64,000 nt of DNA from the human T2T-CHM13v2.0 reference genome, Homo sapiens (GCF_009914755.1 NC_060925.1), one strand, 5' to 3'; shown: positions 43,704 to 58,440, numbered from the stretch's first letter. A program made the numbers and translations. The notes: a model not told the origin generated them from the sequence alone.

Positions 43704-46700
43704 CAGATTCCGTCTTCAATAGGTCTTGTCTACTTCACATCTCTGACATTATTTAAGCTAACTCTATGAAGTATGCTGCGTCACTATTATAAAAGGAAGA
43801 GGTTAAGGAGGGGGAAAGAAACACACATTGAATGACTTCCCTGTGTCAGGCTCCGTGCTAGTAAGTTTAGATTTGCAGTCTAATTTATTCTCAGACCAAT
43901 CCCCAAATATTAGGCAGTATTTTTTCCATCATTACAGATATAGAAACTGAGGCTGAGAGAGGTTAAATAACTTCCCTGAGACCACAGGCCAGAGAATCAA
44001 AAGGATTTTCCTACCACACCACCAGGGGGTGTCTCAACAAGAGTGACAACTCAGCGAGCCTGAGTCTGGGCTCTGGGAGATTTAGGATTTGTGTTTGTAC
44101 TTAGGCTGTTCAGAAAGTGACCTGGGGTGACTTCACTGGACAGCCCTGAATGAAGACCAAAATTCCTCTCAACTCCAAGAGTCCTGGGAGAGCAGGTTTA
44201 CATCCCTCATCCCTAGTTTCCCCCTTGTCATATGGGACAGGATTGCTGTCCCTTGAGGGACCTCTCCAGCTGGCGAAGGGTCTTCTCTAGCTCCACTGAG
44301 AGTTGCAGCATCTGTGGTTTTCTTAAGGGGCTGAAATTCAGCAGACATGGGTTCTGGGCCTGCTACTTTCTAGCCATGTGGCTGAAGGCCAGCTGCATCT
44401 CTGTTCTGGCTCTGGGTCTCCGTTCTCTGATCTGGGGAGAAATCGACCCTGACCACTGCATATACCACTGCCCAACACTCCTTCTAGGGCTTAGTCCTGA
44501 AACCCGATGATTATAAATTCATTCCTTTATCTTGAGAGTTGGTATCTATTGAAACACAGATATATTCCCCAGGCAAGGGCCATGCTTAATTGTGAGTAAG
44601 TTTCAGATGGTTTACAGAGACTGGATTTTGAATGAACAGGAGAAAAGGAAGAGACCCTGAGGGCACTGGCCAAAGGTGAGATGCCCAGATCTGGGAATAC
44701 CACCAGGGGAAGGTCTGCCTCCCCAAGCCACTTCACAGTGTTGCTGATACCAGAAGACTCAGAAACAGGGCACTGGCACTCATAGTTTTTTTGCTGCAAC
44801 CATCCAATTCTCCTCTCTGAACCTCAGTTTCCATATCTGTCCAGCCATTGTCTACCAGAGCTGGATTCAACTGGATTCAGCTCACAGCTTGACTAGGGTT
44901 TTCTTCCCACCAGACTTAGTAAGGCCATTAGTATGGATGCAGTCCCATCAGAGGAGGCAGATTGAGCTCTGCCTGGCAACAATTACCTGCCTTGCTGTCC
45001 ATTCTCCTGGGTGGACCTCTGCCCTCTCTGAGCATCTTGGCTGGGAGTTGGTCTGTGCCTTCGCTTCTAACCAGAAGTTGAGGAGTAGGGCTGGAGGTGG
45101 AAACACCAAGGAGGAGAATTGTTTTCCTGTTTACTACAGAGCAGTGGAGAGGGACATGGTTAACCTTCATGTCTGACCCTGAGCTGTGCCACCCTGGGCA
45201 TGCTAGTGAAATAATAGACATTTCACTATTATTGGGGAACATCCTGGTCCTGGTCTGCTAACAAGTGGAATAATATCTATTATTTATTTAAGCAATTATC
45301 TAAATTGACATTTGCTTTCCTTTTTATCTTTCTCATATTCTGACTTCCCAAGCTTTGAGTGAGACAAGCAAAAACACCCAGGAGAGGATAGCACATATTC
45401 ACACAGCACTTTACAGCCTAAGGAGCACTTTTATATTCACTGTTTAATTGAATGCCCATGGTATCTCTGGGAGAACAGTCATGGCTGGGTGAGATTCTCT
45501 TCCAGTAGTTCCATAGGAACCTGTTTCTCCTTTTATAGCTCTGGCACTAATGTTAAGTCTTAATGTCTGTCTTTTCTAATTAACTCTATATTTCATGAGA
45601 TCAGGGGACATGTCTCTGCTCAATTCTGTGTTCCCAAAGCCTAGCATATAGCTGCTGCTAAAAAAAAAAATTTGATTCCTGAATAGACGAAAAACCATCA
45701 TTGTTCCCACTTTATAGATGAGGCAACTGAGGCCTCAAGAACCAAAGTGACTTTCCCAAGGTCTTATAGCTAATTGATGGCAAAATTGGGATCCTTTCTG
45801 GCTCTTAGCTGAGAAGGTCGACAGGGTGGTCAAGGGTGTCTGTGGGAAGTCATCTGTCTCCTGCCAGGACTTTGGAGTGGAAGGCAACTCCGAAGAGAGA
45901 AAAGTGTTATGTCGTCTATCAGCACTCATCACACTGCCTTACAAGTGAATGCCTGTGTGTCTGCCTGCCTCAACCCGGCCCTGACCCAGAGTGGGGACGT
46001 CCTAAGGACAGGGCTGTGTTTAATTTCCATCTGTGTCATCAGGGTCAAGCACGATGCCTGGTATGTTATCAGTACTTAATATGATTTTGAGGACTGAATG
46101 ATGGATTGATGGATGAACCTTCCGATAACAGCTCCAAATGTCTTTTGTATGTGACACTGTAGGTGCAAGGCCAGGGTGAAGCTGCTTGAAGCCAGGCTTG
46201 GCCCTGAGTGGAGGCACTATGAGGTGTTGTCGATAGTGCTGGGTATTGGCCAAGTTCTCGGTACTGTGAGCCCCGGAGCACAGGGCCTTGGGAAGCCTGC
46301 GAGACACTTCCACCAGATCCACCCGAGCAGGATGGACTCACAGAGGCCATTGTGTCCAGCCTCCCCATCTTCCACTGGAGGACACACTGCTACAGAGGGG
46401 CAAAGTGAGTGCCCAAACCCAGGCACCACCCCACTCGACATTCTGGTTTCTGAGGGCCTGCAGAACCAGCTGGTGAGAATAGGGTGCTCATTCTCTAGTC
46501 ATAAGAGGAGTCCTACAGGGGTCAAGGCAGGGTCACAAAGATTAACCATCAGGTTCATTCTTGCTTTCTCATGCTCTTTGGGGCAGGACAGTGTTTGCCC
46601 TCAGTGCTGTCTTCCAGGTAGGCACCAGGAATGCCTGGAAGTGTCACTGACACTCAGCTCTCACCTGGGGGTCTTTCCTGCTGTGGGCCTTATCCTTCTG

Positions 46701-48444
46701 CGCCCCTTAGAAGCACTGACATCACGTAAAGCTGTGGGGTTATGTGAGAGACAACACCACTCACAGCTTGGCCTTAATTGTCATCATCATCATTATTTGA
46801 TTATGTTTATATTATTATGATAGTTATTATTGCACTTTATGGATCACCACATACTTTGCTATATGTGATCTCATTTGTTTGGGTAGCATATTGTGGGCCT
46901 CCATTTTATAGATGAGAACATTGGGGCTCAGAGAAGCAATGTGGTGTGTCCAAGGTTGCAGAGTTAACGCGGCAGAACTGAGACTCAAGGGCAGATATCT
47001 CTGTCTCTTATTCAGCTCACTCTGCTCAATGGATTCCTCTTCCACTTTAAAGATACAAATGGCTCACCACTGGTCCTTGAGTCTTACACTTCTAATAGAA
47101 TGCATTCCCACCACCCTTATCTCCTGGATCCCAGTGAGAAACATGGAACCTCGGTGACCCTCTTGAGCCTAGTGTTTCTAAGACAGGATCCTTCTACGGT
47201 GCTGAGATGGCTTGTGGGAGAGATACACATGGAAAGCCCCAGGAAAAGACAGGGCTGAAATGAGGAAATAGCAAAGGGTTCCAGGGCCCCTGCTATGTAC
47301 CACAAAGGATGCCCATGGACTGTGAAGTTTTCTAGCTCAAGAGGCTTTCTACTCAGGTAAATGAGCATTTGTGTCCAAGAGTCTTGGGATTGAGGGGAGG
47401 TCACCTCTGTTCTGGGAAGCTGGCTTTAGCCTCATGCGTGAGTTGTCCAGATGCTCACAGAGGCTCACCCTGCTCTCTCAGCCAGCTCAGTGGCAGCTGG
47501 TTAAAACAGTGGCACGTGGATCAGCTCCCTCCCTCTATCCTTCCCTTCTTTCACCCCCTCCTTCCCTCCCTTCCTCCTTCCTCCCTCTTCCCAAAAATAT
47601 TTAATGAGCATCTACTATGTTCCAAACATCTTCTGGGTTCTAAGGATTTAATAATAAACCAGAAACCTAAAGAGAGAAACTCTCTCTGGTACATAGAGTT
47701 TGGTCCAGGGACCAAGCTCTATACCAGAGAAACCCTGAGCACTTGGAATGCTACAAGTGGGAACTGACAGAGGTTCAGAGGGCTGGCCTCATCCAAAGGG
47801 CCTCCACAGAGTAACCCCTTGGGATGGCAGTAACTGAACCCTCATGCAGCTGCCTGGGGCAGAGGGGGACAGCAGCAGAAGTCAGGGGTCATTTTTCCCC
47901 TGAAATCTTCCTAAAGCCTGCTGGGCTTCCTGTCACTTAACTAGGCAATTAGCAGTTGAGAGGACACTCTGTGGCACTGCAAGACTCTGTCCTTACGTTA
48001 CTCTTCCCCAGGCTCCGCTCAGCTCAGATGTGGCCACTGAGGAGGCAGTTCAGACAATGGAGATGGGAAAGACATGGGAAGGACATGGGGCTCAGTGGCT
48101 GGAGTTCTGAGTGCTGGTTCTGGCTTCTGGAGCCAGTTTCATCCCCTGGATGAGGAGGGATGGGCCAAATCTCTGACAGACTCCTGGTGACCTGTGGAGT
48201 CTAAGAATAACTCAAGCAGGACCTGGTGTCACTCAGTTTATCTAATAAGGGATCCAGAATTTCCAGTGCTTAAAAGCTCCTGTTTGCCTGGCATCCCAGG
48301 GAGACCAAGGCAACACACTGATGAGAAATGACTTCATTGCAGTTTCCACCTGTATCAGACTGAGTCAAGGTCAGAACCTGCTACACAGTAACCAGGCTGG
48401 CCTTGTGGGCCTCCTCCTTCCACGACAATGACGACAAGCTCTCA

Positions 48445-49230
48445 GTCTTTCATTCCTTCATTCTTTACTCAACAAATATTTGCTGAATGACATGAACTCT
48501 GTGCTGAGCCTTGAGGATACACAGTGATGAATAACCCCAGCATCTGTCTCCAAGCACCTTTGAGTATTTATGATACACAGCCTCTGTGATATCCCCCAGC
48601 ATCATGGGGGAGTGCCCAGACCCCACTGTGGAGAGGCTCAGAATCTAACAAAGAGGCGATCCTGTTGGGGATCCCAGAGAGTGCCAGGCGCCTTGACAGG
48701 GAGGCATTCCATTACAGGAGCCAGTGTTGGGGCTGTCTCAGAAGGTTTCCTGGAGAATAGGAGCCTGAGAACATGCAGGAGTGGAGGAAAAAGGGTGTTC
48801 TAAGCAGAGGGTGCATGCAGGCGCATTCAGGGATGGTAATAATTTGATGTGGCTGTAGTGTCCATATGGTGCAGGAACATAAGGCTGGGCAGGTAGAAGC
48901 TGCCAAATTATGAAGAATCTAGGCACCATGTGGAGGAATTGACTTTTTTTTTTCCTCTGTGGGGAATAGGGAGCCCTTGAATGTTTTAAATAGGCTCAGA
49001 CTTACCTTTTAGAAACAGAAATGGTAGGGGTCTGAGGACAGGAGACTGTAGGACTGGGAGGAGGAGCCTGGGTGCATGATTAGACATGGAGGTGAGGAAG
49101 AGGGAGAAGGTGGGATGACTCTCAGCCTTGGGTCTTGGGGACATTTACTGGGGGGATTAAGGAGGCTTCAGAGGAGGTAATGATGATGGGTCCTATTTGC
49201 ATCACTGACTGTAAACTGTGGAATGTGGCT
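48445..49230 (-). mobile_element. LINE-2 remnant(s)
   Basis: ttcattccttcattctttactcaacaaatatttgctgaatg followed by degenerate L2 ORF-like sequence; boundaries approximate. Confidence 0.55.
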
Positions 49231-49519
49231 TATGCCATCAGAGGGGAGGCGTAAAGGAGAAGTAGTTGGGAGGAGGGGGGAGAGGTCCTTATGATGGAGG
49301 CCATGACAGAGGTGGTGGGGCAGATGATGAATAGAGGGGAATATGTAGAGGGGAAGAGACTGAATTCCCTGGAGGGAGTAATCTGCAACCCTCGGACAGA
49401 CATAGCCATATTCCCAGATATTGGTGAAAAGCCTGGCATACAGGCAGCAGGAAATTCTTGAGCATTTCATCATTAACCTAGAGACTTCAGGCATGTGTGA
49501 AACTGCTCCGACTCCTGTA

Positions 49520-49650
49520 ATGTGACTCAGTCATACTCCGCCTGTCAGACACGGGAGCATGACTGAGCAGGCTCAGAGAAGTCCTGGTACCTCAGGGCAG
49601 GGAGCGCCCAGAGCTGGGCAGGCATAGGTGGGTGGGATTGGGAGGGGGTG
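49520..49650. promoter_or_regulatory. Candidate enhancer: AP-1 (TGACTCA 49523-49529), ARE-like ATGACTGAGCA (49559-49569), GGGTGG boxes
   Basis: Motif cluster in apparently non-repetitive DNA. Confidence 0.4.
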
Positions 49651-50917
49651 GAAAGAGAAGCCCCAACCTATAACCATAAATACTAGTTGTTAGGATACGT
49701 GGGTGTCTTTCCTCTTTGTTACAAGTGAGATTCACTTTCTGCCCTACGTTTTTGAGTTGTCAACAAAATCACCACTACCTGAAGTAGAATGTCTTATAGG
49801 TGGGAAGAGAGAATTGTATTTGTTGTTCATTTCCCATCCCTGTTCATTTCTTCCTTTCCTTCTTCTCCTTCCCCTTTTCCCTTCCATCTATCCTTCCTTC
49901 CCTCTTTTCTTCCTCACTCCCTTTCTCTCTTCCCTATTACTGTGCTTACCACAGAGCTAACCAAGCCTCACGTTTACAAAGTTAAACTAAATTTCTTTAG
50001 TCTTTGCATGGACGTAGTCAATTGAGCTTTGAAATCTTGATGGGGAAGATAGTATCTTTGGGTGGAGGGAAACTTTTTTTCCCAATTGTGGGTGCAAGGC
50101 CTGCCTCTGGAGTGCTAATTTCAGCTCAATAAACACTGTGTTTTTTCCATACATGAGCCATGGTTTGAGACAACCCACTGGAGGTGAGTGGCTCAGAGAA
50201 GAGCAGGACTCACATCCTCAGTCCCTTCGGGAGTCAAGACCTAGGATCCCTGAGGAAACCAGGGCATCAAAGCTGACTCCTGTGTGGGCCTCAATGTCTC
50301 CTTCCCTCTGCTTGGCTACATTCAGCTCATGTTCCCAAGGCATCCAGTATTTTCCTAGCTCTATGCTTTGGGAATTTAATAGAAAGATAACACATAGTTC
50401 CTGCTTCCAAGGAGTTCAAGATCTTGCAGGTAAATGATGTCCACATATGGAGCAGGCAGTACTGTGCACTCTGTGATTAAAATACTGAGAAGCAAATTGG
50501 CCAGTGAGGCTACTGGAGACCAGGTAGGCGGTGGTGGCATGTGAACTGTAAATGGATGGAGAAGAGAGGGAAGGCCATTCTGAGCCTCAGGAGTAATGGG
50601 ACTGTGTATAACTCACTTCCTCCTTATGCCTACAGAGCCAAGTATGGTGCCTGGTGCTTAGTGGAAACCACAACATCTGCAAAATTAAATGAAAGCGTCA
50701 AATGTCACTTCTGATCCTTTCAGTCTATTTAGTACCTCTGTGTTAATTTAAACAGTGTATCATCTAAGTAATGCATATTCGTTGCAGAAAATCAGAAAAT
50801 GTAGGTAAGCAAAAGTAAAAGAAATGTGCACAATCCCCCACCCAGAAGAAATTGCAGTTAACATCTTAATATGGTCAATCCAAGCTTTTTTCCCCTGATT
50901 ATTTACCTACTCTCTCT

Positions 50918-51045
50918 CTACATATATACTATACATATATATAATAGGTGGATTTATATATATATACTGTATATACACATTATCTATATACATTTATATA
51001 TAATGTATGTATACATTATCTATATATACATTTATATATATAAAT
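50918..51045. repeat. Degenerate (TA)n low-complexity tract
   Basis: Directly visible. Confidence 0.85.
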
Positions 51046-52961
51046 GTTTAGAGAGTCTTACATAAATGAATTTCTCATGTTGCTTATACTACTGTAACTT
51101 GATGTACACCTTTTCCTTTCTAATCCACTTAGCTTAACCTTTGGTCCATACCCATCAGAGTCTGCTTGTATTGCAGTTCCTGGGGAACACCTGTCTCTGC
51201 CACTGGACTGACAGCTCTTAGCGGGCAGTGCTGATGGCTTCCCTATCTTTGCCTCCCCACTGCCTAGCCCAGGACTAGATCCCCATAGGTCATCAATGTA
51301 AGCTGGGAGAACTGAAAACAAGCCCTGCTGAAGACACTCCACTGATGAAGACAAATGGGCAGATTAAGCCACTGTGAGGGATAGCCCAGTTCCCCGGAGG
51401 GAGGCACATGGTATACCTGCCACTGGATGGAGGTACCCTTACCCCGGTGTTTGGGTATGCCTGGCCCCTTTGCAGCCAGCCTCTCCCTGCTGCCTGCTTC
51501 ACGTCACCTGTGTGCTTGGTCTCCATCCTCTCCATCTGGGAAAACAAGGTACCTTGGTGTATGTGTTTCCAGGAGCCTCCTTGGCTATTTTTACTCCCTC
51601 TGAGTCCCACGCCCCGGATATTTACCTGCTCTCCAAGAGGAGGAATCTTCCTTTCTCTGTTTACTCACTCTGGAGGCTCCCATGGCATCCTCGCTTCCAG
51701 GCTCCAGCTATGGAGATGCTCTCCATAGAGAAGATAACACTGTAGCTGGCAAGGCCCCAGGAAACCTGAGCATCCCACATGCCAGGGATCCACAGCTAGG
51801 CTGAGCAGGCCTGGCTCGGGGCCTGGAGGTGAGGCTTTTCCAGGAAGTGCACACACACACCTGGGGGCCCCAGGTAGCTCATGAGTCAGTCTCTGATGTC
51901 CTTGCTTGCCCCCATGTCTCTGGCACTCATTACTTGAAGGTGGTGGTGTGCAGGAAGGCAAGAAGAAAGGTCTGCAGCTTGCAACCAGACTGCTAGAGGC
52001 CCTTCCACTCAGCACTTTGTTCACTTAGGACAGGAAGAAAGCTTCATTTTAAGGCCATATCGCAGTATCTTCTCTGAAGAAGAGCATCTACAGACTGCTT
52101 TTGTGCATTATATTCTAGCCCCCTGCAGATTTTGGTCTGTGCACTTCTTCTCTGACAGGGTGAACAGACCCTGGGCTAGAGGTCACTGTGATTCAAGAAG
52201 CAAGCATGAGATATAGAGTCCAAAGAGCTGGATTTGAACCCTGGTAACTTCTCTTAACATCTGTGTGACCTTAGACAAATTTCTTGGCCTCTTTGAGCAT
52301 TGATTTTACCTTTGAATAATAGGGGTAGTAACCCTCTCTTCTACAAAATTGGGTTGTTGAAAAGATTCCAGTAAAGGAAGGAATGCACAAACACCTCATA
52401 AATGGTAAAATGCTCTCCAGAGGTTAAAGAATAAGAAGCTCTCGTCTTCCTGAGAAGAGGTGCAAGTAGTATCTTGAAAATTCAAATAAGCCCAAAGTGG
52501 TGGCAAGTTGTCCATCCTACTCTATGGAATTCTTCAAGCTCCAGTCCAGGAAATAAGTAGCTGGGAGCTTTAAGTCCAGTGGAGGGACCCAGGAATGCAC
52601 TGGCAACCATCATGACATCTCTGTTTTCACTGATGATGGTGAGGACAAGACTAATAATGACCAGAATAAGAAGGGCTAAAAATTACTGAGCGCTTCTTAT
52701 GTGCCAAGTCTAGGATGAAGGGCTTTGCAGGCATTATCTCATGGAGTCCTCATACAACAAGCATGGCCATAAGCACTGTTATTATCCTCATTTTATGGCT
52801 GAGGAAACAGGTCCAAGGGGTCACATAGCTAGCAAGGGGCAGAGCTGGGACAACCCAGACAGCACTTTATCTATCTGTAAGAGTTTTCTCTGTCACCTCT
52901 TCACTGAGCTTCCCTTGGCCTGACGACATTCTATTAGCCTCAGAGGCATTGAGGATCCTCT

Positions 52962-53460
52962 TGATTGGTTTTGATTGCTGCTGTAACAAATTACTGCAAA
53001 TTTAGTTGCTGAAAACAACACACAGGTATTATCTTATAGTTCTGCAGGTCAGACTGGCATAGGTGTCACTAGGCTAATATCAGGCTGTTGACAGGGCTGT
53101 ATTCCTTCTGGAGGCTCTAGGGAAAAATCTATTTTCTTACCTTTCCCAGCTGCTAGAAGCTGCTTATATTCCTTGGCTTCTGTCACCTTCTTACATTTTC
53201 AAAATGCCTCACTCCAGCCTCTGCTTCTGCTGATAAATCTCCCCTCTCTGACGTTGACCCTTTTGCCTCCCTCTTGTAAGGACCTTTGTGGTTACAGTGA
53301 GTCCACCTGCATAATCCAGGAAAATCTCCCTATTTCAAGATCCCTGACTTAATCACATCTTCAAAGTTCCTTTTGCTGTGTACGGTGATATATTCACAGG
53401 TTCTGGGGATTGAAATGTGGACATCTATGCACAGGAGGGGTGGGCATTATTCTGTACACT
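52962..53460 (-). mobile_element. MLT1D-like MaLR LTR
   Basis: ttgctgctgtaacaaattac...ccttctggaggctctaggg...ataatccaggaaaatctccc...ttcacaggttctggggatt. Confidence 0.8.
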
Positions 53461-55226
53461 ATTCAGACTTTACATCAGGGCAACAGTGAGCAGTGGGAAT
53501 AAGACAAATAGAAAAATTCCCTTTCCAGTGTTAAACTCCAGAATCAGCCTGCAGTGGGTGAGAGCAACACTGTGCAAAGGCCCTCATGGAGGCAGTTCCC
53601 AGGCCACAGTCCAGCACAGAGAAGCAAAGGGAGGTCAGGGACAAATGTTTTCAGGGCTCCCAAATCTGTCCAGGGCTGGCGGTGTTCAGATGACCTAAGG
53701 GGCATGTCTAGTTTTGCTCACCATCAAAACCTGAGGTTGTTATGCAACCTCATGCTCACTGAGTGCTGGCAGATTATGATGACTTCTTTCAGGAGTTTTC
53801 CTACAGGAAGACAATGTACCTGCCAACATTGACACTCAGGTTTCTCTTTGTAAGTTGATGTCATCACAGTCTCTTGTGAGTTAGGTGCAGTGAATCAGTC
53901 TCCACAGGATTAATCAGCTCAGGGACATGGACTAAGGAACTTAGCCATGCTAAGGCTAAGAGTTGGACTTCTGGGCTAGGGAACAGTCATCCAGATAGTG
54001 CCATCCTGGGGAGGGTTCTTGGGGGTCTGCCAGCTGGCCTATCCCTGGCAATGCCAGACACTGCCTGTCCAACACAGGTAATCAATCCCTGGTTATTTAG
54101 TAGAGGTAATGATCACTTCCAATTTTTTCATATGTGCAATTCAGGCTGTGATTCCCCATATTTATTACTATTTTCACTCCAAATTCAATAGCCATGTTTA
54201 ACAAGCAAATTATATAAAATAAATCTTGCTGGAAAAAATCACAGTAAGAAATAAAATACTATTCAAGAGGCAGAGTGCTATGATGGAGAGAGGGCAGATA
54301 GCAGGTTTTGAATTCCATCTCTGCTCCCAACTCTCCATGTGATCCAGGGAAAGCCTTTTTCCATCTCTAAGTCTCAGGTTCCTTTTCTGTCAAACAAGGG
54401 GCATGATCTAAATCAGCAATTATCAATCCCAGTGGTGCAGCAGAGCCACTTGATGGACGTCTGGAGAATGTCAAAGCCTAGATCTCACCGGGGTTGAGAA
54501 CCACCGGCTCTGAATGATGGCCAAGGTCCTTTCCACAACTATTCTATCATCCCATGAAATGTCTAGAATTTGTTAATGAAAATCTGGGTTTGGATTTGTT
54601 TGAGGCATTCATCTTGCTTGCTGAATAGTAAATTCAACTGAACAAGGAAATGAAAACTGAGCACCTGCTGCCTACAAGGCACTAAATTAGACCCCTTAGG
54701 GATTCCTGCACTAAAGACCTTACCATGTGGTCAGATAGGTGGGTCGTGTGCCCAAACAATTATAACTAAAAGGGGATGGACATTGTTCCTTTTAGAATTC
54801 ACCAAACCCATGTTTTAAATGGGTAATTCCTTTAATTTTACTGGGATTCCCTTTCCAGAAATTCAGAGCCTGTGTTCTACCTTCTTGCTTATACTTCTCC
54901 ACAAGGAGGGCAGAGACAGATCCGACGCCCCAACCCTGTGGTCTTTATCTAGGCCTGCCCTGAGTGCTGGAATTTAGAAGTGACACAGCATCAGTTTTCA
55001 TTTTAAACATTTATTGAATGCTTACTATATGCCGGGCACTTTTACAAGAGTTTTAGGTATGTTAACTCAATTTAATGGCCCCATGAGATAAACACTACTT
55101 TTTTGACCATTTCACAGGCGAGGACAGTGAGGTGGAAAGCTCATATCACTTGTTCAAAGTCACACCACTGGTAAGTGGGGAGTTGGGATTCAAACCCAGA
55201 GACTGGATTTAGAACTCACGCTCCCA

Positions 55227-55528
55227 GCCGGGCACGGTGGCTCACACTTGTAATCCCAGCACTTTGGGAGGCCGAGGTGGGTGGATCACGAGGTCAGGAG
55301 ATCAAGACCATCCTGGCTAACACAGTGAAACCCCGTCTCTACTAAAAATACAAAAAGTTAGCCGGGCGTGCGTGGTGGCAGGTGCCTGTAGTCCCAGCTA
55401 CTTGGGAGGCTGAGGCAGAAGAATGGCGTGTATCCAGGTGGCAGAGCTTGCAGTGAGCAGAGATCGATCGCACCACTGCACTCGAGCCTGGGTGACAGAG
55501 CAAGACTCAGTCTCAAAAAAAAAAAAAA
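55227..55528 (+). mobile_element. AluY inserted into a MIR
   Basis: 16-bp TSD agaactcacgctccca at 55211-55226 and 55529-55544. Confidence 0.93.
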
Positions 55529-57320
55529 AGAACTCACGCTCCCAACCACTTATAAATAGATTCTGTGCCCTTCATGAAATGTTCTTATGGCTACCAAAAA
55601 TAATGCTTCCAAACAACGAATAACATGGGAAATGTTGATGTTAAAATGTTAAGTGAAAAGTTAGTAAAGTAAACTCATGTAAGTACTATGAGAAAGACTA
55701 TGTAAAATACAAACAAAACTCAAATAACAACAACAACAACAAAACCACTATATATAGAAAAAAATGACGGGAAGGAAAATAGCAAAATAGTAACCATATT
55801 TTAGGGATGGGATTATAGGTGATTTTAAAATTCTTCCTATTTTTTGGTGTTTTTAAATAATGAGTATGCTTTCTTTATAATCTCATTCCCTAGTGACAAG
55901 CAAATACTCTTAATATTTTGCTGTAAGAAAACATCGAGTCTAAGTTCTGATATCATAAAAATTAGTTTTGGTTTCAAAATTGGCAGGTCAGTAATTTGAA
56001 ATTTAGCATATATTTTCTCATGGAAATAAGGATAGCCATAGTGATTAGTTTTTTCTTTTTTAAACTTGCAGTTCTAGGAACTGTGCTAAGAACTTCATCT
56101 GTATTTCTTTATTCAGTGGATTAGGAATGTTTTCAGCCCCCTTTTCCAGTGATGGTTAAGTAACTTGCCAGAGGTTGCACAGGTGGAGAGAGCAAGGGTG
56201 GGAACTGATGCTGGATGTCCCTCTCCAGGGTCTGTGTTATAACTGGGCTGATGCTTCTCACTGCAGCCCATTTCAAAGAGCATGGAGCTAAGGTACTGCC
56301 TTTTTCTCCCAGTCTTATTTTCTCTCACTGCAGCTTTCATTGTGAATATGCCATATTTTGGCCACCCTTTCCAGCTAAGTCAATTTTGATAACTATCCTG
56401 GGGACCCAACTTTCCCTCAGAATATTGTTTGCTGAGAAAATGTTTTGGATCCCACCATGGGCTTTTAAAACCTATATACTCCTCCTCTTCACCTCTCCAT
56501 CCAAAGATTAATCTTCTCCTGAGGTCCTTCCCAGGTTGGATGCTCTTCTCTTATGAATGACCAGAACTGGTGCCTCACTTCTGGAAACCTCCAGATGAGT
56601 GGAGAGCTTTTGCTCCACCCTCAGTATACACCTGGTCTTTGCTGCCTCACCTCGAGCTGGCCAAGGGCACCTTCTTTAACACGAGTAAATAAGCCATTCC
56701 TAGACTTCTGCCCTTTTAAAGGCATTGTTAGTGCTGAATCGGTACTGTTTGTGAGCAGTTTTGGAGCATCAAATTCAGGCAAGGAGAGAAGCCCAACCAC
56801 CCACACTGTCAGCATTAGATCTGCCTAAAATAACATCACTGAGATATCAAACCTTCCTTGTTCTGGTTATGGCATCATCTAGAAATGAAAAAAAAATCAT
56901 GTTAGATTATTTGCTTGGGCCTACAATTTTATTTTGGATCTCTATTATTATTCTAAAAAGGGCCATTTAATTTCCATCTTGGGAATTTTCTCCTTCAGTT
57001 CCTATACCAAAGAGAAAACAGAACTTCTGTTCATTCCAGAGGTGTAGAGCCGTATTGGCCCAGCTCAGAAAATAGAAGGCATAGCAGAGCTGCCTGTGAG
57101 ATAGATAGGTGCCATGTGCAATTCACAGAGCTCCCTCACCATCCTAGAGGCCTGCAGTTCTCAGGGGATCTTCCTGTGGGTTAATACTTGAGATGCTTAT
57201 GCAGGGAGGAACTGGGTCCCTGGGATGCGAGGGGAGGGAGTCACCCATGCCTTTATGAAAGATGCTTCTAGCGTCCCGCACATGGTCTGCACCTCCTGAT
57301 GCTAGGTCAGGACTGAATTG

Positions 57321-57327
57321 TATAAAA
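57321..57327 (+). promoter_or_regulatory. LCE5A: LCE5A TATA box (TATAAAA); TSS expected near 57350
   Basis: Canonical TATA ~760 bp upstream of the ATG, as expected for a two-exon EDC gene. Confidence 0.85.
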
Positions 57328-57349
57328 GGCAGAAGCTTCTGACAGCACC

Positions 57350-57547
57350 TCAGTCTACCTGTCTCCTGAGTGATCTGCTGCAGTGCCTGAACCAGGTAGA
57401 GTGCTTCTCAGGACCAGGATGAACTCTTGGTGCTGGTGTTTTGGGCAGAAAGAGCCCCTGGGTGGAGGTTGAGGCCATTCTTGAAGAAAGACAAGGATAA
57501 AGAAGGATTTTGGAGGGGAAGGTTCTTCTGGAAGGGGAGGGTGGAAG
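57350..57547 (+). other. LCE5A: LCE5A non-coding exon 1 (candidate donors after 57395 and after 57547); acceptor AG at 58061-58062
   Basis: CAG|GTAGAG and AAG|GTAGGT donors; ttgtctttcag acceptor 21 nt before the ATG. Confidence 0.6.
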
Positions 57548-57691
57548 GTAGGTAAAAGGAATGAAGGACTGATGCCTTTCTGAAGTTCCAAGTTATTCAT
57601 TTGAAAATATGGAGTTACTAGGTGGAAATCATTTGTATCATTCTTGTTACTGGTCTTGGGAGACTGGGTTTTTAAAATCTGGTTCATCTTA

Positions 57692-58014
<323 letters not shown>

Positions 58015-58083
58015 TCAATTTTAAGGGCAAGGAAGTGACCTTGGGCTTGTATTGTCTTTCAGCTTTATTCAGCTTCTACAGAG

Positions 58084-58440
58084 ATGTCCTGCCAGCAGAG
58101 CCAGCAGCAGTGCCAGCCTCCTCCCAAATGTACCCCTAAATGCCCTCCCAAGTGTACTCCTAAGTGTCCTCCCAAGTGTCCCCCAAAATGCCCTCCCCAG
58201 TGTTCAGCCCCATGCCCACCTCCAGTCTCTTCCTGCTGTGGTTCCAGCTCTGGGGGCTGCTGCAGCTCTGAGGGTGGTGGCTGCTGCCTGAGCCACCACA
58301 GGCCCCGCCAGTCCCTCCGACGCCGACCTCAGAGTTCCAGCTGCTGTGGCAGTGGCAGTGGCCAGCAGTCTGGGGGCTCCAGCTGCTGCCACAGCTCTGG
58401 GGGCTCTGGCTGCTGCCACAGCTCTGGAGGCTGCTGCTGA
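58084..58440 (+). CDS. LCE5A: Late cornified envelope protein 5A (118 aa)
   Basis: [16 protein letters not shown] start, PKC repeats, CCLSHHRP motif, GGCC end; single coding exon; adjacent to CRCT1. Confidence 0.97.
   Translation: MSCQQSQQQCQPPPKCTPKCPPKCTPKCPPKCPPKCPPQCSAPCPPPVSSCCGSSSGGCCSSEGGGCCLSHHRPRQSLRRRPQSSSCCGSGSGQQSGGSSCCHSSGGSGCCHSSGGCC

Noticed and set aside
46020-46820. 214-aa ORF and overlapping ORFs in unique GC-rich DNA
   Set aside because: Non-ATG start, no recognisable domain in any frame and no clear promoter or splice support; tBLASTn/PhyloCSF would settle it
53700-53720. p53-like half-site GGGCATGTCT (others near 45607, 61430, 21557 and 24948)
   Set aside because: Single half-sites without a matching partner are expected by chance
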